Virus record (IMG/VR): IMGVR_UViG_3300034126_000013
DNA: 64,000 nucleotides
Direction: 5' to 3' (one strand)
Source: a virus
Lineage: Duplodnaviria; Heunggongvirae; Uroviricota; Caudoviricetes
Below, piece after piece: positions 1 through 8,710 of this stretch; the stretch's first letter is position 1; each line of letters starts with the position of its first letter. The position numbers and the translations under genes were made by a program. Below the pieces are notes generated by a model that was not told where the DNA came from, ran no database searches, and was given only the letters and a program-made list of their open reading frames with translations.

Positions 1-3
1 ATT

Positions 4-393
4 TCAACCAACATAAACTAATTCGTCGTCACCTAAATACAGATGTACTTCACCGAATGCCTTACTAGCTTGTGTCAAGCGTTCGCCCAGTTCACCCAAA
101 CCGCGATCCCAGAAACCAGCACCATGACCATTACGGGTAAGCCAAAAGTCATGACCGGCACAATCCCAGCCATCATATCCTGTAGGATGATCTTGAGCAG
201 CAATCAGATCAACAGCGTTAGTTGTAATGAATGCGAGACAGTCAGCGTGCAGTTTTTCAGATTCACCGTCCGCCCATTCAAAGTCGTCAAGGTTTACGCT
301 ATCACCATTCAGTTCATCAGTAGACGACCACAGAGCAGCAGTCAGATAACCTTCAATGAATGCCTTGATTTGAAACTGAGTGATGTTGTGCAT
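4..393 (-). CDS. hypothetical protein (129 aa, from internal Met17)
   Basis: ORF 4..441. A sigma70-like -10 overlaps the first ATG, so start moved to Met17, preceded by AAAGAGG RBS. Confidence 0.45.
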   Translation of the reverse strand: MHNITQFQIKAFIEGYLTAALWSSTDELNGDSVNLDDFEWADGESEKLHADCLAFITTNAVDLIAAQDHPTGYDGWDCAGHDFWLTRNGHGAGFWDRGLGELGERLTQASKAFGEVHLYLGDDELVYVG

Positions 394-439
394 GTTGAAA
401 CCTCTTTGTTTAAGGCGGTTCGCCTTGTTTGTGTCTGCC

Positions 440-467
440 ATTCTACAGCCTTTAGATAAATAGTCAA
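440..467 (-). promoter_or_regulatory. sigma70-type promoter P1 (TTGACT-N16/17-TAGAAT)
   Basis: Minus strand reads TTGACTatttatctaaaggctgTAGAAT. 40-bp block nearly identical to P2. Confidence 0.5.
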
Positions 468-476
468 CAACTATTT

Positions 477-656
477 TCAGTGTGGAATGTGACCACCTGT
501 TAACGTGTAATGTTTTGCTAGAATATCAGAGTGTCCGTATGTCATTTGGTCAACAAACTTTTTAGAGTCAGCAATATACATTGGTTCGTCATACTTGTGT
601 TTAAACGTTCCTTTGTCGCTTCGTACTTCAAAGCCAGTTACTTTTTGGTTAGACAT
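477..656 (-). CDS. small hypothetical protein (~59 aa, MSNQKVTGFEVRSDKG...)
   Basis: Below ORF-track cut-off; ATG preceded by AAGGAA RBS. Lies between duplicated promoters P2 and P1. Confidence 0.35.
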   Translation of the reverse strand: MSNQKVTGFEVRSDKGTFKHKYDEPMYIADSKKFVDQMTYGHSDILAKHYTLTGGHIPH

Positions 657-696
657 TTTAAGATTCCTTAAGCTTGTTTGCTTTCGATATGGTCAA

Positions 697-723
697 GTCT
701 ACAGCCTTTAGATAAGGCGTCAA
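697..723 (-). promoter_or_regulatory. sigma70-type promoter P2 (TTGACG-N16-TAGACT)
   Basis: Minus strand TTGACGccttatctaaaggctgTAGACT. Duplicate of P1 element. Confidence 0.5.
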
Positions 724-830
724 CACCTATTTTCAATTTCTTTTCAGTGCCTACATAAATGAACCGGGGGCGCGTGCGAATATCACACCAATAGCCTGGT
801 TGTCAAGCAAAAGAAATATGAAAATAAAGC

Positions 831-858
831 TTGTATTGTTTTGTTGGTGATGTATAAT
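831..858 (+). promoter_or_regulatory. candidate plus-strand promoter (TTGTAT-N16-TGTATAAT, extended -10)
   Basis: ttgtattgttttgttggtgaTGTATAATca; no ORF downstream for ~500 nt. Confidence 0.3.
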
Positions 859-1085
859 CATATACAGCAGGAACGAAGCGCAAAGCGTGGACACTGGAGT
901 ACAAAACAGGGAGGGTGTCTGACTGTCTGGTAATACGAATGATTACCATGTCTGAAAATAACTGTTGACGTGTAGTGTTTTATCGCTTACTCTTATCGTT
1001 CAAATGTCGTCGGGAAACCGAGGGCGGGAGTGCGCCTGTATGTTGGTAGACACTTCGATTTTCTTAGACAACCTCTAAAGCAGAC

Positions 1086-1160
1086 TCATTCGCATTTGAG
1101 AAAGCTATCAGTAACCATTCCCATTTGAGAATGTGAACGCAAATGATTCGCATTCCATGT
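1086..1160. repeat. three direct repeats ATTC(G/C)CATT (two extended to cATTCsCATTTGAGAA)
   Basis: cattcgcatttgagaa / cattcccatttgagaatg / gattcgcattccatg within non-coding spacer. Confidence 0.4.
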
Positions 1161-1358
1161 CGCAATAAAATCATTTCCCAAATTCTATAATTTCACAAAA
1201 CCGATATTTTGATTTCCATTTTCCAGAATCTGAAAAGACACCCCCGTGGGAATTTTGGAGCAAAAATAGAAGTGCAAAATATCTCATGGAAATCTAGATT
1301 TGAAACTAAATCGCAGACAAAAGAAAACCCCGCACTAGGCGAGGCTCTTTATTTTTGA

Positions 1359-1616
1359 TTAATTTAACCAACCCAACTCAATTGCTTTTTTCAATGCTTT
1401 GATAAGATCATTTGCATGTTCAGCACTACTTACTACAACATATCCCATTGACTCATCTACATCATAATCGCTGTCTGCAACAACAATCATGTTTGATGAG
1501 TTTTCCCATTTCATCAACTCATGAGCGTGAGTTACACTATTCCGCCCGGTTTGGTCAGCAAATCTAATAGTAGTGAACTCTTGAACTTTATCATTTCTTA
1601 CATCAAGGACACTCAT
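1359..1616 (-). CDS. hypothetical protein (85 aa)
   Basis: ORF track; ATGA-coupled to upstream small ORF. Confidence 0.5.
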   Translation of the reverse strand: MSVLDVRNDKVQEFTTIRFADQTGRNSVTHAHELMKWENSSNMIVVADSDYDVDESMGYVVVSSAEHANDLIKALKKAIELGWLN

Positions 1617-1762
1617 TCTTCTTCTCCAATAGTTTTTACATCACGACCTATGATCCGATCATTACGACGACGTTGATCACGCTTCTTACCAGTACGCAAA
1701 ACTTCCTCTTGTTTCCAGTCCAGCTTGCGTTTGGTGTTCTCGAAACGTACTACTTGATTCAT
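1613..1762 (-). CDS. small basic protein (~49 aa, MNQVVRFENTKRKLDWKQEE...)
   Basis: Not in ORF track; AAGGAAG RBS; stop overlaps next start (ATGA). Confidence 0.3.
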   Translation of the reverse strand: MNQVVRFENTKRKLDWKQEEVLRTGKKRDQRRRNDRIIGRDVKTIGEEE

Positions 1763-1820
1763 GTCTTACTTCCTTATCAATACTTATCGTTGAATTGCAG
1801 CTATGTTACTTGTTGGTTAA

Positions 1821-2069
1821 TCAGTTGTCAATAGGTTCTGACCTGAGTTGATATACACTTTCTACCGACTCAAGATTACCAAAGAACAATGGCTTAGCTG
1901 TATCACCAGCGATTGTGGTATAGGACAACGATGTCAGGACACCACTGTTATGCTTAGCATTGAACTCCTCACACCACATCTCCATGGACGTACCACTCTT
2001 GTAGTTCACACGCACAAGGAACTTAACGGTTGGTTTGTTGGTAACTACTTCTGGCTCACTCATAAACAA
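1821..2069 (-). CDS. hypothetical protein (82 aa)
   Basis: ORF track; overlaps next gene by 14 nt. Confidence 0.45.
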   Translation of the reverse strand: MFMSEPEVVTNKPTVKFLVRVNYKSGTSMEMWCEEFNAKHNSGVLTSLSYTTIAGDTAKPLFFGNLESVESVYQLRSEPIDN

Positions 2070-2331
2070 ATACTCCTTTGTATTCAGCTACATTCTCTTC
2101 CAGATTGGAAGCTGTGTCAACATATGCGTCATGTTGTGGTGTATCTTTCTTCAGTTTACCCATACGCATGTTCAGGTATTCTGCTAACCGTTCTGATTCA
2201 ATGTACGCGACGTTTGTAATCTCGTCAAGCTCACAAGCGTAGTCCATCCAGTAGAAGAACCGCTCGTTGTCACTGTAATCGTTTGGGTCAGGATACAGCA
2301 CTTCGATCATACTTAACACACGATCACTCAT
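2056..2331 (-). CDS. hypothetical acidic protein (91 aa)
   Basis: ORF track; tight packing. Confidence 0.45.
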   Translation of the reverse strand: MSDRVLSMIEVLYPDPNDYSDNERFFYWMDYACELDEITNVAYIESERLAEYLNMRMGKLKKDTPQHDAYVDTASNLEENVAEYKGVFVYE

Positions 2332-2561
2332 CCCCGTTCTCCATCATAAATTGTCGTACTGCTACGGCTGATTTCAGTACCTGCGATTGTGATAACAACC
2401 TCAAGCGAAGGGTAACTGTAGTATTCCACATTGCGATCAATCTCAATCACAAGGTTCTTACGAAGGAACTCGATCAGTTCATCCTTATTCATTGTTTCTC
2501 TCCACATGTACGATTCGTTTGTCACACACTGTACAGTCTTTTGTGAACTGAAGCAACACAT
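2328..2561 (-). CDS. hypothetical protein (77 aa)
   Basis: ORF track; ATGA overlap with downstream gene. Confidence 0.4.
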   Translation of the reverse strand: MCCFSSQKTVQCVTNESYMWRETMNKDELIEFLRKNLVIEIDRNVEYYSYPSLEVVITIAGTEISRSSTTIYDGERG

Positions 2562-2587
2562 ATTGTTGATGTTGGTGTGACCAGCTA

Positions 2588-2941
2588 CTATGTTTGATCT
2601 GAATCCACGAGTGTATTCCCAACAAACACAACAGACGGAAGGGGTTGAGATAATTCATGCAGCACATTCCTCATGTTAATATGGAACTCGCCTAGCATTG
2701 CACTTTTACCAAGAATGAAGTCAAACACATCATCACCCAGAGGGTACAAACCAAGGTCGTTACGCGCCATCATTTCCATGTACGACTTGCGTTGATTGTA
2801 CACCCATTGATATAGGGTTTCAATGTCTTTCACTTCAGCAGTAGCCATGAACTTGTCGAGTGGACCACCTTTTATCCTATCCGATACTGATATCATACCA
2901 GCTTCTTCTAGTCGCTTGTCAAGCTCTTTACCTGTGATCAT
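2588..2941 (-). CDS. hypothetical protein (~117 aa, start MITGKEL)
   Basis: ORF 2588..2953; internal ATG forms ATGA overlap with upstream small ORF. Confidence 0.45.
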   Translation of the reverse strand: MITGKELDKRLEEAGMISVSDRIKGGPLDKFMATAEVKDIETLYQWVYNQRKSYMEMMARNDLGLYPLGDDVFDFILGKSAMLGEFHINMRNVLHELSQPLPSVVFVGNTLVDSDQT

Positions 2942-3084
2942 TTCTGCACCCAATGAATACCAAACAATTCAATAAGACTACCGCACCGTCGATAGATTGT
3001 AAAGCCAAACAATGTAAGCTCTTCAACCCAACCGATTCGTTGGTACTCAAGCCATAAGAACGACCATCGTTTCTCTCTATTCAT
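2938..3084 (-). CDS. small Trp-rich protein (~48 aa, MNREKRWSFLWLEYQRIGW...)
   Basis: Not in track; ATGA-coupled at both ends. Confidence 0.3.
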   Translation of the reverse strand: MNREKRWSFLWLEYQRIGWVEELTLFGFTIYRRCGSLIELFGIHWVQK

Positions 3085-3245
3085 TTCAACCAGTCCCATA
3101 GTACGTAAGGCCAAACAGCACCTACAATAATTCCATCAATCACACCACGCCATCCACCGCCACTTAGTAACCAGATGAACGTGAATAGACCACTGAAACC
3201 TAGTGCGTAAACAGCAAGCAGAATGATACCAATTACCTGCAACAT
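3081..3245 (-). CDS. small membrane protein (~54 aa, two hydrophobic helices)
   Basis: Not in track; ATG 1 nt after upstream TAA; MLQVIGIILLAVYALGFSGLFTFIWLL... Confidence 0.35.
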   Translation of the reverse strand: MLQVIGIILLAVYALGFSGLFTFIWLLSGGGWRGVIDGIIVGAVWPYVLWDWLK

Positions 3246-3246
3246 G

Positions 3247-3648
3247 TTATTTCACTCGCTCGATTGGACCAACAAGACGGACAACACTGCCGAAGTCGAT
3301 GAAACCCTGACCAACACCTAATAGCTTACCACTCCCAAGCGCCTCTGGTGTCACTGTAACCTCTTGCAGAGTCGCACGACACCGGTAGGTTACCCCAACG
3401 TAGTCAAGCTCCATGTAGCGCTTCTGGAGACGCAGATACCATGTATGGTAACGACTGTCTTGTGTGAAGCCCCAGAGTTTTTGCAATGAAAACTCAAGTA
3501 CACGAACGATACCAAGCTGGCGGGAACGATCATCGTCAGGTTGTGCATTTTCAATCATGTCTTCCAGTTGTTCATGAATCACGTTGATTAGATCAACGTC
3601 TTTCTCGCTGATACCACGTTCTGCTGCGAGTTTCAGATTAGCCACCAT
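3247..3648 (-). CDS. hypothetical protein (133 aa)
   Basis: ORF track. Confidence 0.5.
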   Translation of the reverse strand: MVANLKLAAERGISEKDVDLINVIHEQLEDMIENAQPDDDRSRQLGIVRVLEFSLQKLWGFTQDSRYHTWYLRLQKRYMELDYVGVTYRCRATLQEVTVTPEALGSGKLLGVGQGFIDFGSVVRLVGPIERVK

Positions 3649-3949
3649 AAGTGTGTGCCTCGATGTTATGAATTGTGAACCATTCGGAGTTATGAAACTC
3701 CATGACTGTATTGTTGGATCGTATCACGAAGACTGATCCCGTGTCAACTGACAACTCTTTAGCAGACCATGGCCTTTGGGTATGATACTCTCTACGGAAG
3801 ACTGCCTTGAAATCCGTCCCTAAGACTTTGTTAAGCGTGTTGAGTGCCCGCTTGTCAAGCTTGAACTTGTATATATCCATCTCGTCAACAATACGAGTTG
3901 GCATTACACCACCAGACTTCAGATGGTTTTCGAGATAAGACACATTCAT
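3638..3949 (-). CDS. hypothetical protein (103 aa)
   Basis: ORF track. Confidence 0.5.
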   Translation of the reverse strand: MNVSYLENHLKSGGVMPTRIVDEMDIYKFKLDKRALNTLNKVLGTDFKAVFRREYHTQRPWSAKELSVDTGSVFVIRSNNTVMEFHNSEWFTIHNIEAHTYGG

Positions 3950-3954
3950 TTTTC

Positions 3955-4353
3955 TTACCCTTCGATGTATTTGTAGACACTATAGTTGAGTTGGTAACCG
4001 TTGTCAACCCTCTTTTTAGAAGATTGTGAACGAAGATATGAATCCAGAAACCAACCATCCTCTTGAGCGTTCTGTACCAACCACTCTTCTAGGTCGTCTG
4101 TTTTATATGAATCCAATGGGCAAATGATAGATCGTAGCTCACGTATACGTGTTTTACCAACGCGGTCTAATCCTTTTACTTCCGCTTCAATATCGCTTGA
4201 GAACAATCCTGTAACTGCTTCAGCAAACTGTTCCCCTGTCAACTTCAACTCACAGAAAGTTGTATGACTTGTTTCACACCCAATACGGATATAGTAAAAC
4301 CCATTACTGGATCGTGTGATACCTAGTTCGGTTTTAATTACTTTAGAAGACAT
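3955..4353 (-). CDS. hypothetical protein (132 aa)
   Basis: ORF track. Confidence 0.5.
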   Translation of the reverse strand: MSSKVIKTELGITRSSNGFYYIRIGCETSHTTFCELKLTGEQFAEAVTGLFSSDIEAEVKGLDRVGKTRIRELRSIICPLDSYKTDDLEEWLVQNAQEDGWFLDSYLRSQSSKKRVDNGYQLNYSVYKYIEG

Positions 4354-4538
4354 TGTTCAGTTCCTAGTTTTTGTTTGATTTCTGTTAGTGCTTTGATGTA
4401 TTGAACTTCATCATAACTTAGTATACCGCTAGCATTTACTTCGTCATCCATCCACATGTCAATGTGTTCATTCAATGCTGTCAAACCAAGACTGAGAGCA
4501 TACTTACATGTGATGATCGCTTCTTCCATCGGTGTCAT
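4338..4538 (-). CDS. hypothetical protein (66 aa)
   Basis: ORF track; overlaps neighbours by 4-16 nt. Confidence 0.4.
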   Translation of the reverse strand: MTPMEEAIITCKYALSLGLTALNEHIDMWMDDEVNASGILSYDEVQYIKALTEIKQKLGTEQCLLK

Positions 4539-4912
4539 TTCTTTACCCTCTTGAACTTGAGCTTAATCATATCCCAGATAGTTCTGGACTGCAAGCACTG
4601 TATTTCATCATTGAGCTTATTGATCTTCACTTGAGCAATGCTACGAACAGTATCCTCAGATTTATGGATCATACATTGTACAATATCTCTAAGCTTTGGG
4701 TCAAGTGCAATCAAACTTTCCTGACCATCTAATACCCATCGCTCAACAGGGAGATGATGAACAGGATGTACTTCTTGTTTATCAAGTATGTCATTTGAGT
4801 TGATCAGACGTATAGGTCCACGTACATGATACGGAATGTAATCGCTGTATATGGTAACCCTCTTCTGTTGAGTTGAATAAAGTATGGCTGTTCTCATTTC
4901 AGACAGCACCAA
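4535..4912 (-). CDS. hypothetical protein (125 aa)
   Basis: ORF track. Confidence 0.5.
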   Translation of the reverse strand: MVLSEMRTAILYSTQQKRVTIYSDYIPYHVRGPIRLINSNDILDKQEVHPVHHLPVERWVLDGQESLIALDPKLRDIVQCMIHKSEDTVRSIAQVKINKLNDEIQCLQSRTIWDMIKLKFKRVKK

Positions 4913-5093
4913 CAGTAATCATTGCTTGATCAATAGCATCACGCATAGTAGTAGCTTTTCCAATAAGCTCTAAGCCATTGGATTGATCCCAAACAACCCA
5001 CTCACTATAGTCAGGTTTGGATCGAATGGTGTAATACCCTTGTGTCTCGTTATCACCAAAAAGGAACTCAAGACGCTCTGTATCTGTGATCAT
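4899..5093 (-). CDS. hypothetical protein (64 aa)
   Basis: ORF track. Confidence 0.4.
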   Translation of the reverse strand: MITDTERLEFLFGDNETQGYYTIRSKPDYSEWVVWDQSNGLELIGKATTMRDAIDQAMITVGAV

Positions 5094-5229
5094 TAATCTA
5101 CATCCTCCTCTTCTACCAGTTCGTCTTCGATGTCTTGCTCAGCAGCATCATCAAGGTATTTGGATCGCTTGTCAAGCACTACGCTTGGTCGGTTATACGT
5201 GTTCATGTGTTTGGCAACGAAGTTCTGTT

Positions 5230-5523
5230 TCATTTCTGAGTCCTCATATACTCAATTAGTTCTTTGAACTTTACATCAGTCATCGGTAGCTTCTCATAAA
5301 GCATACCAGAATTCGCCCATCTGTCAAAATTATCGTCAGACATCTCGATTTCAAGTGACTCAAGGATACGAAACTTCCTACCTGAAACAGTGTCGTTGTA
5401 ATACATCATCTCAGGATAGTCAGGACATTCTAGTACAAGTCCAATGTCAGCGGCAACGGCATTCACTTCAAAATGGAAGCTCTTACTTTTGGGATTAAAC
5501 TTGACGGGTTTAGAGGGCTTCAT
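5230..5523 (-). CDS. hypothetical protein (97 aa)
   Basis: ORF track. Confidence 0.45.
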   Translation of the reverse strand: MKPSKPVKFNPKSKSFHFEVNAVAADIGLVLECPDYPEMMYYNDTVSGRKFRILESLEIEMSDDNFDRWANSGMLYEKLPMTDVKFKELIEYMRTQK

Positions 5524-5851
5524 CTTTAATACCTTCTCGTTGTTTATAGAATTTCAGGTCACGTTGATGGCTGTCCCACATCTCAACGTACTGACTACGC
5601 ATAGATTGAAGCTTTTCGATCAGGAAGTCAAGCTTCTCTAGTCGCTTATTGTATGACTTCTCACCCTCGGCATAGAAGTCTAGTTCGATATTCTCAGAGC
5701 AGTCAGCGATACGAACACTTGCGTGAATACGACCACCTTCACGGACCATGTATGGTGTAAAATCTTTTACCTGAGCCGTTTTGATCTTACAAATGATGCT
5801 CCCCGATTCATCTGGTGATGGTGATAGGAAGTCTTTGGTTACGAAACGCAT
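5510..5851 (-). CDS. hypothetical protein (113 aa)
   Basis: ORF track. Confidence 0.45.
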   Translation of the reverse strand: MRFVTKDFLSPSPDESGSIICKIKTAQVKDFTPYMVREGGRIHASVRIADCSENIELDFYAEGEKSYNKRLEKLDFLIEKLQSMRSQYVEMWDSHQRDLKFYKQREGIKDEAL

Positions 5852-6042
5852 TACATTCTCCCTTGGAACATTCGGATAACATGTTGTGCTTGTAAGAGTA
5901 GGATCATAGTCTCATCCAGTTGACTTTGCAAGCTTTCAATTTCATCTGCTGCTTTGGTGACAGACTCACCATCAAGGTGGTCCCAAGAATGACCGTTCTG
6001 ATAGTTCTGTGCCATTGCTCGCAGGGTGTATTTCTGAGTCAT
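5851..6042 (-). CDS. hypothetical protein (63 aa)
   Basis: ORF track; 1-nt overlap with upstream stop. Confidence 0.4.
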   Translation of the reverse strand: MTQKYTLRAMAQNYQNGHSWDHLDGESVTKAADEIESLQSQLDETMILLLQAQHVIRMFQGRM

Positions 6043-6308
6043 GAATACTTCTCAATCAGTTGTTGGAGTTTGTAACGAGCAGTCACATGACCGTCAGTTT
6101 GACCAACGTAAAAGTTCCACCAACCCGATTCTACAGGATGTCGCTTTGTATGTTTGTGTGACTCTACAGAACGTTCGCTCATCTCTTCTTTTAGCTCTTG
6201 TATATCGTTCATCAAGTCATCAATTCGTTTCTTCAGCTTGATGTTCTCTTGCATATATTCCATGTGTTTGTCAAAGCTACCAATTGGATCACCATTTAAT
6301 AGTTTCAT
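6039..6308 (-). CDS. hypothetical coiled-coil protein (89 aa)
   Basis: ORF track; AGGAGA RBS; first gene after promoter P3. Confidence 0.45.
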   Translation of the reverse strand: MKLLNGDPIGSFDKHMEYMQENIKLKKRIDDLMNDIQELKEEMSERSVESHKHTKRHPVESGWWNFYVGQTDGHVTARYKLQQLIEKYS

Positions 6309-6334
6309 GATACATCTCCTGTTGATTTGTGGTC

Positions 6335-6362
6335 AGTCTACCAGCTTGGTTCACCCTGTCAA
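6335..6362 (-). promoter_or_regulatory. sigma70-type promoter P3 (TTGACA-N16-TAGACT)
   Basis: Minus strand gcTTGACAgggtgaaccaagctggTAGACTgacc. Confidence 0.45.
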
Positions 6363-6376
6363 GCACTTTTCTTCAG

Positions 6377-6402
6377 GCAAAAGAAAACCCGCCGAAGCGG
6401 GT
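6377..6402 (-). terminator. intrinsic terminator after early-region fibre gene
   Basis: Minus-strand RNA acccgcuucggcgggu followed by UUUUCUUUU. Confidence 0.6.
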
Positions 6403-6411
6403 CATAAATGG

Positions 6412-8709
6412 TTAGTAAAATTCGTACCATACATCAATCATATTGATATCTGTAGTACCACCACCAGTAGTCACAGCGTATTCCCAACCACCCGGAACAA
6501 CTACAGTTATACCGTCTAGTGAACCGTTAGATGCACCTTGCAATGTTGTGAATGTGAACCATTGCGTTACAGAACTTGCTCGGGTAACGATCTGAGTAAA
6601 ACGAGTGGAATTCGATATTGCCTTATGTCTTACAAATATCAACTGTTCGGCAGGACTGTTATTTGTGTAGTACTGACCTACAACCCTTGATGCTTTCACA
6701 TCTCGCCAGATTCTCTTTACTTGCGGAAAGAATGTAGGCAGGTTCGTAACCGGTACTCGACTATTGGCATCAAGTGGTGCAATACCATTAGCTACAGCAC
6801 GGTTCAACTGATTATTGTCAATCTTACCATTACTGTCAAGTTGGACAACACCATCTGCAACGTTAGTTGGTAATTGAGCAACTGGAATCTTACTAGATGC
6901 GTTTAGGGTTGCTACACCGTTAGCCGTAGCCTTCTGAGTCAACTGTATAAAGGTGTTATCCGCATAGGTCTTGGCAGAAGCTGTAGCGTTTGTTTGAGCA
7001 GAAGTTGCCTTTGTTTGAGCGCCTGTCGTTGTTTCCTTAGAATCCCAAGCTGAAACTTGTGCGGGTGTTACAAATTTACGACTCGTTGTCTCAGTAATCA
7101 TATCCGCAGTATAGTCACTATTTAAAGGTAAAACACTACCAGCACGACCATTGAAAGAAGTAACGCCAGAATTTGAAGCAGCATCCCATCTGGTGATTTG
7201 ATCTTGTGTTACAAACCGTTTATCTACCAGTTCTGTAATCTTTCCGGCATCATAGTCACCAACCATTGGTCCGATGTTACCAGTACGACCGTTGAACGAC
7301 GATACACCAACACCCATCGAATTACCAAGCTTCGACCAGTTAGCCTCGATTGCAGGGTTATCATTGGCATCAAGACCCCAAGCGTCGCCTGTGTCGCTTT
7401 CATACGCAATCGTCAGGTCATTATACACGCTTAAAGCAAGACGTGCAGCACGGTTTGCAACGTTGACCTTGCGACCTACAGTGAACTCAGGGAGCTGGTC
7501 ATATGGAACCTTACCGGCGACAAGTCCAGCCTTTGTTAATAGAGCTGCTTCTGCTGCTGTAATCCTTGTATCCTGAGCTATGTCCTTGTTCTGCAACGCT
7601 GTAATCTGAGTGCTATAGTCAGTAGCTGCTGGTCGATTTTCAAGTGTTGTAACACGTTGGTCAAGGACTGTATTGTTGCTAGATACACTATCTACTTTTG
7701 CGTCTACCTGTTGGATTAATGTATCTTGTTGAACATCCTTATTCTGCAAGGCTGTGATTTGAGCTGAATAATCAGTACCACCAGAAGGTCGAGCTTCAAG
7801 ATCAACAACACGTTTAACTAAACCGGTTGTATTGTTATTAACCACATCATTAACGCTATTTACGGATGTTGTAAGGTCATTTACTTTCTTAACCAGACCA
7901 GTTGCCTGATTGTTAACAACAAGATCGAGTGAGTCAAGCTTTGTTTGGATATCATTTAAATCAATATCATCATTGAAAGCAATCTGTTTACGGACACTGG
8001 TTGTAGTGTTCTCGATGTAAAGTTTAGCATCATCGATTACCAATTTGTGAATTGCACCAGAAGTCTTATCCGTCATTGGAATAAGATCAAAGTTGTAGTC
8101 ACCAAACTCTGCACTTACAGCACCTGTTCGACCTTTAAAACTCAACACCATCGTTTCAATAGATGGGCCAACGAACCAGTTAGCTAGAACAGCAGGACTA
8201 TCACCGGCGTTGAGGTAGTATAAACGCTTAGTGTCAAGACGGATAATCCGATATGGTCGCAGAGTTTCAGTAGCCAGTGCTAACATCTCAGCTTCGGTAG
8301 CTAGAATCTTTGTGACTTCACTGACAGCGTTTGCCGATAAACGACCTTGACCGTCAACCACAAGTCCTGTACCTAGCTTGAAGCCACCTAGAGTGCTAGG
8401 ACCACCCGATACTACACTGATCGTACCATCAACGACAGAAATACCCTCACCAGCCTTTGGTGCACCATTGACACGATTGAAGTATGTGTTCAACCCAGCA
8501 TAAGTAGTAGCGACAGGAACCATGTTAAGGTCAGTGAAGTATGAGATTGGTGTGCTAAGAACCTCATACAAACCGTCAATCTTACGCTGGATTTTTACAT
8601 TGTTATTTCCCAAATCAATTAGATCATAGGTGCTATGTGTAAAGCTAAAAACAGCACCATAGCTAGTACTGATATCAACGCCCAAGTCTGTAGGTATGCA
8701 CTTATACAT
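6412..8709 (-). CDS. tail fibre protein (765 aa) with phage-tail-fibre repeats
   Basis: Repeated SFNGRTG...V..D / SFKGRTG / SFNGRAG motifs and DYS(A/T)QITALQNKD(V/I)QQDT repeats. Gly/Thr-rich C-terminus. Confidence 0.75.
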   Translation of the reverse strand: MYKCIPTDLGVDISTSYGAVFSFTHSTYDLIDLGNNNVKIQRKIDGLYEVLSTPISYFTDLNMVPVATTYAGLNTYFNRVNGAPKAGEGISVVDGTISVVSGGPSTLGGFKLGTGLVVDGQGRLSANAVSEVTKILATEAEMLALATETLRPYRIIRLDTKRLYYLNAGDSPAVLANWFVGPSIETMVLSFKGRTGAVSAEFGDYNFDLIPMTDKTSGAIHKLVIDDAKLYIENTTTSVRKQIAFNDDIDLNDIQTKLDSLDLVVNNQATGLVKKVNDLTTSVNSVNDVVNNNTTGLVKRVVDLEARPSGGTDYSAQITALQNKDVQQDTLIQQVDAKVDSVSSNNTVLDQRVTTLENRPAATDYSTQITALQNKDIAQDTRITAAEAALLTKAGLVAGKVPYDQLPEFTVGRKVNVANRAARLALSVYNDLTIAYESDTGDAWGLDANDNPAIEANWSKLGNSMGVGVSSFNGRTGNIGPMVGDYDAGKITELVDKRFVTQDQITRWDAASNSGVTSFNGRAGSVLPLNSDYTADMITETTSRKFVTPAQVSAWDSKETTTGAQTKATSAQTNATASAKTYADNTFIQLTQKATANGVATLNASSKIPVAQLPTNVADGVVQLDSNGKIDNNQLNRAVANGIAPLDANSRVPVTNLPTFFPQVKRIWRDVKASRVVGQYYTNNSPAEQLIFVRHKAISNSTRFTQIVTRASSVTQWFTFTTLQGASNGSLDGITVVVPGGWEYAVTTGGGTTDINMIDVWYEFY

Positions 8710-8710
8710 A

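Noticed and set aside
1325-1358. Possible terminator aaaaccccgcactaggcgaggctctttattttt
   Set aside because: T-runs present on both strands, but no convincing GC stem (only 3-4 bp complementarity).
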